Notes: generated by a model from the sequence alone, not told the origin. Positions 28,001-37,663 are shown, counted from the first letter of the stretch. The stretch: DNA of 38,871 nucleotides from Clostridia bacterium (GCA_017629115.1 JAGBXV010000050.1:1-38871), one strand, 5' to 3'. A program made the numbers and translations.

Positions 28001-28981
28001 TTAATAAATATGGTTTCTTGTGTTAATAATTACAGTTCTTTTATCTGCGTTCCAGTAAACTTCACAACCAAGCGCCTCACCTACTGCACGCAAAGGCAGG
28101 TATGTGCGGTCATTGATAATAGTAGCCGGAACATCTGCCTCTTTTTTTAAGTCTTTATAGTAGCCGCCTATCAGTCCCCCGGATAAATACTGTCCGGTTA
28201 TATATTTTTCACCAATAGTTACATTTATGTCCCTTAAGTTATTTTTAATATTTGCAGTTCTTGTTTGGGCATTCCATGAAACTTCATAACCAAGCTCTTC
28301 GGCAACGGCACGAATAGGACAAAGTGTTCTGTCATTTACAATAACAGGAGCGCTGTCCGGTGTAACTACTTCGCCGTTAACTATGATTTTAATCGTTCCA
28401 TCGGCATTCGCCGCGTATTTTTCACTACTTAACTCTATTGAGTTACACATATCATTAAATTCGAAATAACTATTTTTAGAGGAACTCTGACTTAATTCTA
28501 CAAAGTATAAGTCATTGCCGTCAATAAACATCACACTTATAAAAAATCCATTATAATCGTGGTAACCTTCGGCTTCGATTCTGTAATCCTTGCTGTATTT
28601 AAACACAGGAATACCTTTTTCGGTGTAAGTGTGTTCTGATGTTATGTCAGAGAAGATTACTTTCGTTTCTAAATTTCCGTAATCAAAATCATTCAGAATA
28701 TATTCTTCATCGTAAATATAATCGCCAAACCATTGTCCTATATCTTTAATACTACTTATGCCGTCATCTTCATCAAAAAAATCTTTTTCATAATCAATAA
28801 AAATAAGACTTTCTTCCGCAAAATATGATATACAATCTTCTCCCTGATGTGTTTTTTCATATCCTTCCGGTTGATTTAATGAAATATTTACAAGATAGTC
28901 TTTTTTTCCTTCTGCTGACACTACTGTACATAAGGAAATAACCAACACCAATGTTAATAATAAAGAAATTATTTTTTTCAT
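28001..28981 (-). CDS. secreted protein with C-terminal copper-amine-oxidase-like (stalk) domain
   Basis: MKKIISLLL signal peptide; NDRTLCPIRAVAE.LG..V.W and NDRTYLPLRA.GEALG repeats. Confidence 0.85.
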   Translation of the reverse strand: MKKIISLLLTLVLVISLCTVVSAEGKKDYLVNISLNQPEGYEKTHQGEDCISYFAEESLIFIDYEKDFFDEDDGISSIKDIGQWFGDYIYDEEYILNDFDYGNLETKVIFSDITSEHTYTEKGIPVFKYSKDYRIEAEGYHDYNGFFISVMFIDGNDLYFVELSQSSSKNSYFEFNDMCNSIELSSEKYAANADGTIKIIVNGEVVTPDSAPVIVNDRTLCPIRAVAEELGYEVSWNAQTRTANIKNNLRDINVTIGEKYITGQYLSGGLIGGYYKDLKKEADVPATIINDRTYLPLRAVGEALGCEVYWNADKRTVIINTRNHIY

Positions 28982-28991
28982 TTTTATCACC

Positions 28992-30002
28992 TTATGATTC
29001 AATAATTACAGTACGGTTAGCACCGTCCCAGTCAACATCACAGCCTAACGCTTCGCCGATTGCGCGAAGGGGCAAATATGTTCTGTCGTTAATGATTTCA
29101 GCAGGAGCTTCAAGAGTTAATCTTGACCTTTCTGAATAGTTTTTGCCGGGGACTTTTGTGTTTAAGTCCATATATTTCTGTCCGATTTTAATTGTTAATG
29201 TGTCAAGACCTGAAACGATTGTTACTGTTCTGGTTGAAGCGTCCCAAGAAACCTCATAGCCTAATTTTTCCGCAACAGCACGGATAGGAACGATTGTTCT
29301 GTCGTTTTTGATTATGGGGTCTGAATCGGGATATACATAACTGCCATCAACCTTGATTTTGATTGCGTTAGGGTTTGATGAAGGTTTCTGCGTTGTTGAG
29401 CCTGTTGAAGAAGAACCTCCTCCGCCAAAGGAAACAGTGTTAAGCATTTCAAAAAAGTCTTGGTTTAAATCATTTTCGCCCTGCTTTTTGTCCATTTCAA
29501 TCATATACATATCATTGTAATTTCCGAATATTGCAATTACATAATGTCCGTAAAAAGGCGTGTAACCTGATGCAGAACCTGTGTAGTTTATTTCATACAT
29601 ATATACAGGAATATTTTTAGTTGTGGCTTTTAAGCCTGTTTGTTTTGCTGTGATTTTAACAGACACATAAAAACCGTTTCTGTTTGTCATCTGTGTTGAT
29701 AAATTTTGGGCAGTCATTGCATTATCAAGAACTTCCTCCAATAAGCTTTCATCAACATCTGCTATATTTTTTGCACCTGTTCCTGCTAAGAAATCTTTAA
29801 AATATGTTATTCTTATTGTCTGATGTAATTTTGAAGGGTTCTGAAAACCTACAGCGTCAGCCACCTGTTCTATTTTTTCAAAGCCGTCTGCTCTGTTAAA
29901 GGACATATCCACAAGGTATTCCTTTGCACCAACTGCACCAGCCATTGTTCCCATTGAAAGAACAATCACAACTGTCAATAATAATGATAATACTTTTTTC
30001 AT
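28992..30002 (-). CDS. secreted protein with C-terminal copper-amine-oxidase-like (stalk) domain
   Basis: MKKVLSLLL signal peptide, Gly/Ser linker, NDRTIVPIRAVAE and NDRTYLPLRAIGEALG. Confidence 0.85.
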   Translation of the reverse strand: MKKVLSLLLTVVIVLSMGTMAGAVGAKEYLVDMSFNRADGFEKIEQVADAVGFQNPSKLHQTIRITYFKDFLAGTGAKNIADVDESLLEEVLDNAMTAQNLSTQMTNRNGFYVSVKITAKQTGLKATTKNIPVYMYEINYTGSASGYTPFYGHYVIAIFGNYNDMYMIEMDKKQGENDLNQDFFEMLNTVSFGGGGSSSTGSTTQKPSSNPNAIKIKVDGSYVYPDSDPIIKNDRTIVPIRAVAEKLGYEVSWDASTRTVTIVSGLDTLTIKIGQKYMDLNTKVPGKNYSERSRLTLEAPAEIINDRTYLPLRAIGEALGCDVDWDGANRTVIIES

Positions 30003-30099
30003 TTTTATATCTCCTTATTAAAATTTTTTTTCTTTATTTTACCACATTTCTATTTATTTTTCAATGATTTTGTGGTATAATTATTTAAGTAGTTTCTAT

Positions 30100-30341
30100 T
30101 TTTTCAACATTATATCTGTTTATAACCTGTTGATTTATGTTGAAAGTTGTGTTGATAGATTTTTAACTTACATTTTCTGTAAAACTGTAAAAATTTGGCT
30201 GTGGATTGCGCATTTTTATAAACATCTTTTAAACAGCATTTTAAACAGGCAAATTTCCCTTAACAGCCTTTTAAAATACAGTTTTCAACAGAATCAACAC
30301 CCCCTACTACTATTACTACTAAATATATATTATTTTATAAT
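30100..30341. other. probable oriC unwinding region (DnaA-box variants, DnaA-trios, AT-rich DUE)
   Basis: Clustered TTTTCAACA/TGTTGA.../TGTGGATTG boxes; tandem boxes at 30282-30299, C-run, TACTACTATTACTACT (30305-30320) and an AT-rich tract directly upstream of dnaN, as in the Bacillus incC layout. Confidence 0.75.
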
Positions 30342-30355
30342 AGAAAGAGGTTTTT

Positions 30356-31468
30356 TTGAAAATGATGAAAATGAAATGTAATCGCCGCGACTTGACAGAA
30401 GCTGTTTCATTAGTTGAAAAAGCAGTTCCTGTGGCTACTCCTATATCTGTTTTAGAAGGTATATTTATAGAAGCAAAAGAAAATGCCTTTAAATTAGTAG
30501 GAAACAATATGGATTTGGGTATTGAATGTTTTATTCCTGCTGATGTTGAAGAAAAAGGTCTTGCAATGGTTAGAGCTTCACTCTTCTCTCAGGCAGTTAA
30601 AAAGCTTCCCGATACTGACGATGATGTTTTTATGGAAATTGATGAAAAAGACAATTTAAAAATAGAATGCGGTCACGCAAAATTTAATTTTTCAACATCT
30701 TCTGCTGAAGAATTTCCTCAGCTTTCACAAGTTTTAGATGGAAAAAACTTCGAAATGAAAGAATCTTTAATCAAAAATATGATAAAACAAACAGTTTATG
30801 CTGTTTCTACCCGTGAAGAAAAGCCCGTTTTAACAGGCGTTTTGTTTGATGTTGAAGAAAATATTATAAATGTTGTTGGTTGTGATGGCTTCAGAGTTGC
30901 TATCAGAAAGGAAGAAATCGAAAACAATGAAACATTAAAATTTATTCTCCCTGGTAAAAATGCTAAGGAATTACTTGGTATTTTGGGTGAAACAGACGAG
31001 CTTGTTAAGATTTCTGTTAACGATAATAATGTTAAATTCGTTACAGACAGATGTATTTTGGTTTCAAGAATTATTGACGGCGAATACTTAAACTACAAAT
31101 CGGTTGCAAATCACAAAAATACACTTGAATTTATTGTTGAAAGAAGAAAAATCTTAAATTCAATCGACCGTGCAGCAACAATTGTTAACGAAGCTTCAAA
31201 ATCTCATGTTTTGCTTGATATTGACGAAACGAGCGTTTCTATTGACTGCGAATCTGTAATGGGTAAGGTTAAGGACAAGTTCTCTATTGATATGCAGGGC
31301 GAACCTATGCAGATTGCATTTAATCCTAAATATTTAATTGAAGCTTTCAAAAATATTGATGATGATAAAATAAAACTTTCCTTCTCCACTCCTGTTACTC
31401 CTGCAGTAATAAGACCTTTAGAGGGCGAAAAGTATGTTTACATCATTTTACCTGTAAGAATTAAATAA
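30356..31468 (+). CDS. dnaN: DNA polymerase III beta clamp
   Basis: RPVLTG-like KPVLTGV, DGFRVA, SRIIDGEY, IAFNPKYLIEA, ILPVR C-terminus; start could instead be ATG 30362, 30365 or 30371. Confidence 0.95.
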   Translation: MKMMKMKCNRRDLTEAVSLVEKAVPVATPISVLEGIFIEAKENAFKLVGNNMDLGIECFIPADVEEKGLAMVRASLFSQAVKKLPDTDDDVFMEIDEKDNLKIECGHAKFNFSTSSAEEFPQLSQVLDGKNFEMKESLIKNMIKQTVYAVSTREEKPVLTGVLFDVEENIINVVGCDGFRVAIRKEEIENNETLKFILPGKNAKELLGILGETDELVKISVNDNNVKFVTDRCILVSRIIDGEYLNYKSVANHKNTLEFIVERRKILNSIDRAATIVNEASKSHVLLDIDETSVSIDCESVMGKVKDKFSIDMQGEPMQIAFNPKYLIEAFKNIDDDKIKLSFSTPVTPAVIRPLEGEKYVYIILPVRIK

Positions 31469-32019
31469 TGAGAGTTAAAGAAACGATTATTGTAGAGGGC
31501 GAGCACGATAAACATAAAATACTGACATATTTAGATGCAGATGTGTTGGTGACAGGCGGTTTTCAGATTTTTAAAGATAAAGAAATGCAGGCTTTAATAA
31601 GAAAAATTTCTGAAAAAAACGGAGCAGTTATTTTTACCGATTCGGACCGTGCAGGCTTTATAATAAGAAATTTTATTAAAAATGTTGCGCCGAATGTTTT
31701 GCACGCTTACATTCCCGAAATAAAAGGCAAAGAAAAAAGAAAACCAAAACCTGGAGCTGAAGGGTTGCTTGGTGTTGAGGGTATGGAAAAGGAAGTTTTA
31801 ATAAACAGCCTTTTAAAAAGCGGTGCTATGATAGACGGCGAAAAAACAGAAATAAAACAAAAATACACAAAAACAGACCTTTATAACTATGGTTTTTGCG
31901 GAAAAGAGAACAGTAGTGAAAAAAGGAGAGAGTTTTGTAAAAAACACTCTCTCCCTCAAAAATTAAGTGCTAATATGCTACTTGATGTTATAAATACTTT
32001 AGATTTAGAATTATTTTAA
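31468..32019 (+). CDS. rnmV: ribonuclease M5-like TOPRIM protein (DUF4093 C-terminus)
   Basis: IIVEG.HD, FTDSDRAG..IR, LGVEG, S.EKR..C. Confidence 0.8.
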   Translation: MRVKETIIVEGEHDKHKILTYLDADVLVTGGFQIFKDKEMQALIRKISEKNGAVIFTDSDRAGFIIRNFIKNVAPNVLHAYIPEIKGKEKRKPKPGAEGLLGVEGMEKEVLINSLLKSGAMIDGEKTEIKQKYTKTDLYNYGFCGKENSSEKRREFCKKHSLPQKLSANMLLDVINTLDLELF

Positions 32020-32061
32020 TATTACCTCAATATACTATTGGTATATTGAGGTGATTTTTTT

Positions 32062-32823
32062 ATGGAAAAAATTATTATTGTAAAAGATAAAAAAAGATTG
32101 TCTTTTATAAAATATTTTATTTTCACATACCTAAAATGCAGCAAAATTTTTGAAAAAAATCTACGAGGAGATATACTTTATATACCATATAAAAAAAGGC
32201 TCAAAAAGCCTTATATAACTGCGATTGAAAAGTTTTTAAAAAAGAAACAAATCAAAGAAATTCTCCCGTTAGAGGAAGAATTTAAAGGGTGTTTTAATAA
32301 TTATTTTAGAGTTATAAATGGTATAAATATTTATCGCACTATATTTTGTGATGTACTTAATTTTTTTGCTAAAAACAACCTTTATGAATATGAAATAGTA
32401 TTTATATCAGATAATCTTAAAGAAATAAAAGAATTGGCTCAAAAATGTGTTAAAAAAGTAAAAAGTATATCTGTTTTAACACAAAAACCCTTTCTTTATG
32501 AAAGTATGAGCGATTTTTTTCTTTCTAAATACGGAGTAAACCTTAATATAAAAGAAAAAAAGGATAAACTTAAGAAAAATAAAAAAATATATATTAACGC
32601 AGGAGCAAACAGGGTGTTTGAAAAAAATACATTTAATAATGTAAATTTAATTGATATTTACAATGTATATGAAGGCGCATATCATGATATAATACTTGAA
32701 TCAACACAGAAATCAAAACATTATACAAAACTGTTGAAATGCCCATATAATGCGGCTTTGGCTGAATTTATAAATGAGCAAAATAATGCAAAGAACATCA
32801 AAATTGTTAATATAAAAAAATAG
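32062..32823 (+). CDS. hypothetical protein, very AT- and Lys-rich
   Basis: 253-aa ORF with GAGGTG RBS filling the rnmV-greA gap. Confidence 0.7.
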   Translation: MEKIIIVKDKKRLSFIKYFIFTYLKCSKIFEKNLRGDILYIPYKKRLKKPYITAIEKFLKKKQIKEILPLEEEFKGCFNNYFRVINGINIYRTIFCDVLNFFAKNNLYEYEIVFISDNLKEIKELAQKCVKKVKSISVLTQKPFLYESMSDFFLSKYGVNLNIKEKKDKLKKNKKIYINAGANRVFEKNTFNNVNLIDIYNVYEGAYHDIILESTQKSKHYTKLLKCPYNAALAEFINEQNNAKNIKIVNIKK

Positions 32824-32826
32824 TAG

Positions 32827-32855
32827 TTGACATTTCAACACAAATAACTTATAAT
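32827..32855 (+). promoter_or_regulatory. sigma-A promoter of greA
   Basis: TTGACA-17-TATAAT. Confidence 0.8.
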
Positions 32856-32911
32856 ATCTAAATAGTTGTTTGGTCTTAGTAAATTAGGAAAATGAAAGAA
32901 GGAAGAAACAA

Positions 32912-33385
32912 ATGGCAAAGGAAGTAATACTTACCTATACCAGGTTAAAAGAACTTGAGCAGGAGCTTGAGTACTTAAAAACAGAAAAAAGAAAAGAAAT
33001 ATCAGAAAAAATTAAAGTAGCTCGCGGATTTGGTGATTTATCAGAAAACGCTGAATACGATGAAGCTAAAAAAGAACAGGGCGAAGTTGAAGTAAAAATT
33101 GTTAACCTTGAAAAAATGCTTAAAAGCGCTAAAGTAATTGATGAAGATGAAATAGACACAAGCAAGGTTGTAGTTGGTACAAAGGTTAAAATTTTGGATA
33201 TTGACTTTGAGGAAGAAACAGTTTACGAAATTGTAGGCTCAACAGAGGCAAATCCTGCTGCAGGAAAAATTTCAGACGAATCTCCTTTAGGTCAGGCACT
33301 TCTCGGTGCTGTTCCCGAACAGATAGTAAAAGTTGCATCACCTAATGGTGAGTACGAAGTAAAAATATTAGAGATTACAAAATAA
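32912..33385 (+). CDS. greA: transcription elongation factor GreA
   Basis: ARGFGDLSENAEYDEAK, IVGSTEA.P..GKISDESPLG.AL. Confidence 0.97.
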   Translation: MAKEVILTYTRLKELEQELEYLKTEKRKEISEKIKVARGFGDLSENAEYDEAKKEQGEVEVKIVNLEKMLKSAKVIDEDEIDTSKVVVGTKVKILDIDFEEETVYEIVGSTEANPAAGKISDESPLGQALLGAVPEQIVKVASPNGEYEVKILEITK

Positions 33386-33431
33386 TTTAAAAAGCATGAA
33401 AAACCGCACTACTGTGCGGTTTTTTTGTTTT

Positions 33432-33447
33432 TGTTTCATGTGAAGCA
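33432..33447. promoter_or_regulatory. parS-like site
   Basis: TGTTTCATGTGAAGCA, 2 mismatches to TGTTTCACGTGAAACA. Confidence 0.6.
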
Positions 33448-33567
33448 AAACTATTAATAATGTTAAAAGAAATATCTTGCAAAATATAGTTATATATGCT
33501 ATAATGTAATTGCGACAAAGGGAAAACACCTCCACTATCAACACCTGTGGAGGTGTTTTCTGTTAAT

Positions 33568-33583
33568 TGTTTCCCGTGAAACA
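33568..33583. promoter_or_regulatory. parS site
   Basis: TGTTTCCCGTGAAACA, 1 mismatch to consensus, upstream of parA. Confidence 0.85.
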
Positions 33584-33675
33584 ATTTTTATTTGTACATT
33601 TATAAAATGGTTGCAATAAGAAATAAACTATAGTATAATTATCTTATAATTTGTAAAAAAGGACAGGTTTTTGTA

Positions 33676-34455
33676 ATGGGAAAGGTAATTGTAGTTGCAA
33701 ATCAGAAAGGTGGCGTGGGAAAAACCACAACCACAATCAATTTATCGGCGTACCTTGCCGACAGTAAGAAAAAAACTCTCCTTATAGATTGTGACCCGCA
33801 GGGCAATGCCTCAAGCGGAATTGGTATTGATAAGGAAGAAACTGAGGCAAATGTGTACAATGTTTTGGTAAATGGTGAAGACATAGCAAAAAATATTATA
33901 CCTACACAATATAAGAATTTGAGTATTATTCCTTCTAATGTTGATTTGGCAGGTGCGGAAATCGAACTTGTTTCCTTTAATAATAGAGAGTACCTTCTAA
34001 AAGAGGCTATTAAAAAGGTAAAGGAGGAGTATGATTATATTTTAATTGACTGTCCTCCCTCTTTAGGTTTGCTTACATTAAATGCTTTTGCGGCTGCCGA
34101 CAGCGTAATTATTCCTATTCAGTGTGAATATTATGCTCTGGAGGGTTTAGGTCAGCTTACAAAAACCGTTTCTACCATAAAACAAAGCATAAATAAAGAC
34201 ATTGAAATAGAGGGTATTCTTCTTACAATGTTCGATAAGCGTACGAATCTTTCCACTGTTGTTTATGAAGAGGTTAAAAAATTCTTTCCCGATAAAGTGT
34301 ATAAAACAGTAATTCCAAGGAATGTACGCCTTTCTGAAGCTCCCAGCTTCGGCGAATCGATTATTTCGTACGATAAATTTTCAAAAGGCGCTCATGCCTA
34401 CAAAGCTCTAGCAAAAGAATTGATAAAGAACAACAAGGAGAACAAAAATGGCTAA
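33676..34455 (+). CDS. soj: ParA/Soj ATPase
   Basis: NQKGGVGKTTT, DCDPQGNA, DCPPSLG, QCEYYALEG, IPRNVRLSEAPS. Confidence 0.96.
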   Translation: MGKVIVVANQKGGVGKTTTTINLSAYLADSKKKTLLIDCDPQGNASSGIGIDKEETEANVYNVLVNGEDIAKNIIPTQYKNLSIIPSNVDLAGAEIELVSFNNREYLLKEAIKKVKEEYDYILIDCPPSLGLLTLNAFAAADSVIIPIQCEYYALEGLGQLTKTVSTIKQSINKDIEIEGILLTMFDKRTNLSTVVYEEVKKFFPDKVYKTVIPRNVRLSEAPSFGESIISYDKFSKGAHAYKALAKELIKNNKENKNG

Positions 34456-35317
34456 AAAAGGGTTAGGACGCGGTTTGGGTGCGCTTTTGGATGCAGGAGC
34501 CGTAGTTGAAACAACAACAGAAACAGAAAAAGATGTTAAGAAAATAAAAATAACACAGATAGAACCTAACAAAACTCAGCCCAGAACGGCTTTTGATGAG
34601 GAAAAGATTGAAGAGCTGGCAGATTCTATCCGTGAATACGGTCTTATTCAGCCTATTGTAGTAAAACTGAATAAAAATGGATTTTATACAATCATAGCAG
34701 GAGAAAGGCGCTGGAGGGCGTGCCGTTTAGCCGGCTTAAAGGAAATTCCCGCAGTAATAAAGGATGTATCCGAACAGACAGAAAAAGAAATCACCTTAAT
34801 AGAAAATATTCAGCGTGAAGACTTAAATCCTTTGGAAGAAGCAGCAGGAATAAAAGAGTTAATTGATGTTTATGGACTCACACAGGATGAAGTAGCAAAG
34901 AAAATAGGTCGCAGTCGTCCTGCTGTAGCAAATATTTTAAGGCTTTTAAATCTTCCTGCTGAGATTAAGCAATTAGTAAAGGAAGAAAAGCTTTCACAGG
35001 GTCATGCAAGGGCGCTTTTGTCAGTAGAAAATAAAGAAAAGGCGCAAGAGATAGCAAAATTAATTATCGCACAAGATATGAGCGTGCGCCAAACTGAAAG
35101 CTATATTGCAGGTCTTTCTAAGGTAAAAACAGTAAAAAAACCTACAAAAGAAGAAATGGAAATGAAGCGCTACATAAAATCTTTGGAAGAAAGCCTTTCA
35201 TCAGAGCTTGGCACAAAGATTAAGATAGTAAACAAAAAAAATAAAGGTCGTATTGAAATTCCATATTCATCATCAGAAGATTTTGACCGCATAATTGCTT
35301 TAATAAAGAAAAAATAA
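34448..35317 (+). CDS. spo0J: ParB/Spo0J partition protein
   Basis: GLGRGL, QPR..F, IIAGERRWRA, ENIQREDL, HTH region SRPAVAN.LRLL. Confidence 0.96.
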   Translation: MAKKGLGRGLGALLDAGAVVETTTETEKDVKKIKITQIEPNKTQPRTAFDEEKIEELADSIREYGLIQPIVVKLNKNGFYTIIAGERRWRACRLAGLKEIPAVIKDVSEQTEKEITLIENIQREDLNPLEEAAGIKELIDVYGLTQDEVAKKIGRSRPAVANILRLLNLPAEIKQLVKEEKLSQGHARALLSVENKEKAQEIAKLIIAQDMSVRQTESYIAGLSKVKTVKKPTKEEMEMKRYIKSLEESLSSELGTKIKIVNKKNKGRIEIPYSSSEDFDRIIALIKKK

Positions 35318-35332
35318 GTTTCACGAGAAACA
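35317..35332. promoter_or_regulatory. parS-like site
   Basis: AGTTTCACGAGAAACA, 2 mismatches to consensus, at the parB stop codon. Confidence 0.65.
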
Positions 35333-35534
35333 ATTTAGAAAAACCGCACAACCGTGCGGTTTTTTTTGTGTTCATCAAGATGTTATATACAACATATACA
35401 ATTTTAAACATTCATTTTTGTAACATATTTTATATATAATATAAAGGAAATAAAAAGGGAAATGTCGAAAAAGATTATATAACCGTAATGGTAAATAATG
35501 ACCGCAAGGTTTTTAATATTAAGGAGGAAAGATT

Positions 35535-37595
35535 ATGAAAAACACCGAAAACATCAGAAATATGTGTATGCTTTCACATTCCAACGCAGGTAAGACCTCT
35601 TTAGTTGAAGCAATGCTTCATAAAGCAGGTATGGTTGACCGTATCGGTCGAGTTGAAGACGGCAACACAGTATCGGACTTTGACGCAGAAGAAGTTAAGA
35701 GAAAAATTTCACTGAATACTTCTATTATTCCCGTAGAGTGGAACGGTGTAAAGATTAATCTTTTAGACACCCCCGGAACACCCGACTTTATTGGCGAACA
35801 GTTAGAGGGCGCATCAGTTTGCGGCAGTGCATTGATTGTTGTCAGCGGTAAGTCCGGTGTTTCAGCAGGTACTGAAAAAGCGTGGAACATTGCTAAAACA
35901 AAGGCAAAGATTGTATTTGTAAATAAATTGGAAGACCCCAAGGCAGAATATGCAAAGGTAGTTGAAGAATTAAATTCAGCATTCGGAAGATGTATTGCTC
36001 CCTTTACATTCCCCATTAAAGAGGGCGACACATTAACAGGCTTTGTAGATGTTATTAAAATGCGTGCAAAAATGTTCTCACCCGACGGTGACACACATAA
36101 ATATGAAGAAGTACCCGCAAGCTACAAAGAAATTGCAGACCGCAGCCGTGATCTTTTATTAGAAGCAGTTGCAGAAGTTTCTGACGAGCTTATGGAAAAA
36201 TATTTTGCAGGCGAAGAATTTACAGAAGATGAAATTAAGGCAGCATTAAAAGTAGGTATTAAAGACGGTACAGTTGTTCCTGTTATTTGCGGTAGTGTAA
36301 TTGCTAAAATCGGTATCACACACTTACTTAACACAATAGCTGACTATATGCCTGCTCCTAATGAATTTATGTATATTGAGGGCGAAAATAAGAAAACAGG
36401 CGACATCGAAGAAATTATTTGCGATAGCGCTAAACCTACAGTATTACATGTATTCAAAACAGTTGTTGATAACTATGTAGGTAAGCTTTCATATTTTAAA
36501 GTATTGTCCGGTACAATCAAACCCGACACAATGCTTGTAAATCCGGCAGTAGGTAAGGAAGAAAAATTAGGAAAGATTTACGAAATCTGCGGCAAAAAGC
36601 AAACAGAAGTAAAAGAATTAAAGGCAGGCGACATAGGTGCTACTGCAAAGCTTTCTGTAACAGAAACAGGCGATACATTGTGCGACCCCTCTTTCCCTGT
36701 TGCGATTGGTGCGATTTCATTCCCCAAGCCAGTTTTATCACTTGCTATTGAGCCTAAGGCAAAGGGAGACGAGGAAAAGATAAGCTCATCATTAGCTAAA
36801 CTTTCCAGTGAAGATAAAACATTTACATTAACACGCAACAACGAAACTCACGAATCCGTAATTTCTGGTGTTGGCGAACAGCATATCAATGTAATTTGCT
36901 CAAAGCTTGAAGGAAAATTCGGCGTTTCAGTTAACTTAAAAGAACCCAAAACACCATACCGCGAAGCAATTAAATCAAAAGTCCGTGCTGAAGGTAAGCA
37001 TAAGAAACAGTCGGGCGGTCACGGTCAGTACGGCCATGTTATTATCGAGTTTGAGCCTGTATATGATGCATACGAATTAGTATTTGAAGAAAAGGTTGTA
37101 GGCGGCGCAGTTCCCAAGAACTTCTTCCCTGCAGTTGAAAAAGGTTTAAGAGATGCTATGAAGGAGGGCGTTTTGGCAGGCTATCCTATGGTTAACTTAA
37201 AGGCTACACTGCTCGACGGCTCGTACCATGCAGTTGATTCATCAGAAATGGCGTTTAAGACTGCTGCGTCTATTGCTTATAAAGAGGGTCTTCCCAAAGC
37301 AAACCCCGTAATCTTAGAGCCTGTAGGCACAGTTAAGGTTTTAGTTCCCAACAACTACACAGGCGATGTTGTTGGCGACTTAAACAAGCGTCGCGGCAGA
37401 ATTTTAGGTATGAACCCTGTTGATAATATCAACACAGAGGTTGAGGCTATTGTTCCTGCTTCTGAAATGAAAAAATATGCAACAGATTTAAGGGCATTAA
37501 CAAACGGTCGTGGCTCATTCAATTATGAAATTACAAACTACGAAGAAGCTCCTGCAGTTATTGCAGAGGCAGTTATAAAAGAAGCGAAACAATAA
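35535..37595 (+). CDS. elongation factor G paralogue (EF-G II / FusA2)
   Basis: Full EF-G domain layout (AGKT, DTPG, KKQSGGHGQY, DGSYHAVDSSEMAF) with RKISL in place of RGITI; not in the str operon. Confidence 0.9.
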   Translation: MKNTENIRNMCMLSHSNAGKTSLVEAMLHKAGMVDRIGRVEDGNTVSDFDAEEVKRKISLNTSIIPVEWNGVKINLLDTPGTPDFIGEQLEGASVCGSALIVVSGKSGVSAGTEKAWNIAKTKAKIVFVNKLEDPKAEYAKVVEELNSAFGRCIAPFTFPIKEGDTLTGFVDVIKMRAKMFSPDGDTHKYEEVPASYKEIADRSRDLLLEAVAEVSDELMEKYFAGEEFTEDEIKAALKVGIKDGTVVPVICGSVIAKIGITHLLNTIADYMPAPNEFMYIEGENKKTGDIEEIICDSAKPTVLHVFKTVVDNYVGKLSYFKVLSGTIKPDTMLVNPAVGKEEKLGKIYEICGKKQTEVKELKAGDIGATAKLSVTETGDTLCDPSFPVAIGAISFPKPVLSLAIEPKAKGDEEKISSSLAKLSSEDKTFTLTRNNETHESVISGVGEQHINVICSKLEGKFGVSVNLKEPKTPYREAIKSKVRAEGKHKKQSGGHGQYGHVIIEFEPVYDAYELVFEEKVVGGAVPKNFFPAVEKGLRDAMKEGVLAGYPMVNLKATLLDGSYHAVDSSEMAFKTAASIAYKEGLPKANPVILEPVGTVKVLVPNNYTGDVVGDLNKRRGRILGMNPVDNINTEVEAIVPASEMKKYATDLRALTNGRGSFNYEITNYEEAPAVIAEAVIKEAKQ

Positions 37596-37663
37596 GCGGC
37601 TGGTGAAAATAGTCCAGACCATCAACAGCAAAGTTTAGTATTTTATATTTTTAATAAAGAAGA

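Noticed and set aside
30064-30381. 105-aa ORF upstream of dnaN, considered as a dnaA remnant
   Set aside because: No DnaA-like motifs; it is a low-complexity translation of the origin repeats.
139-36841. Many short antisense or nested ORFs in the track
   Set aside because: They lie inside well-supported genes, lack RBSs and motifs, and are expected shadow ORFs.
35535-37595. TetM/TetO ribosomal protection protein
   Set aside because: Retains EF-G domain IV motifs (KKQSGGHGQY, DGSYH.VDSSEMAF) and EF-G length; fits an EF-G II paralogue.
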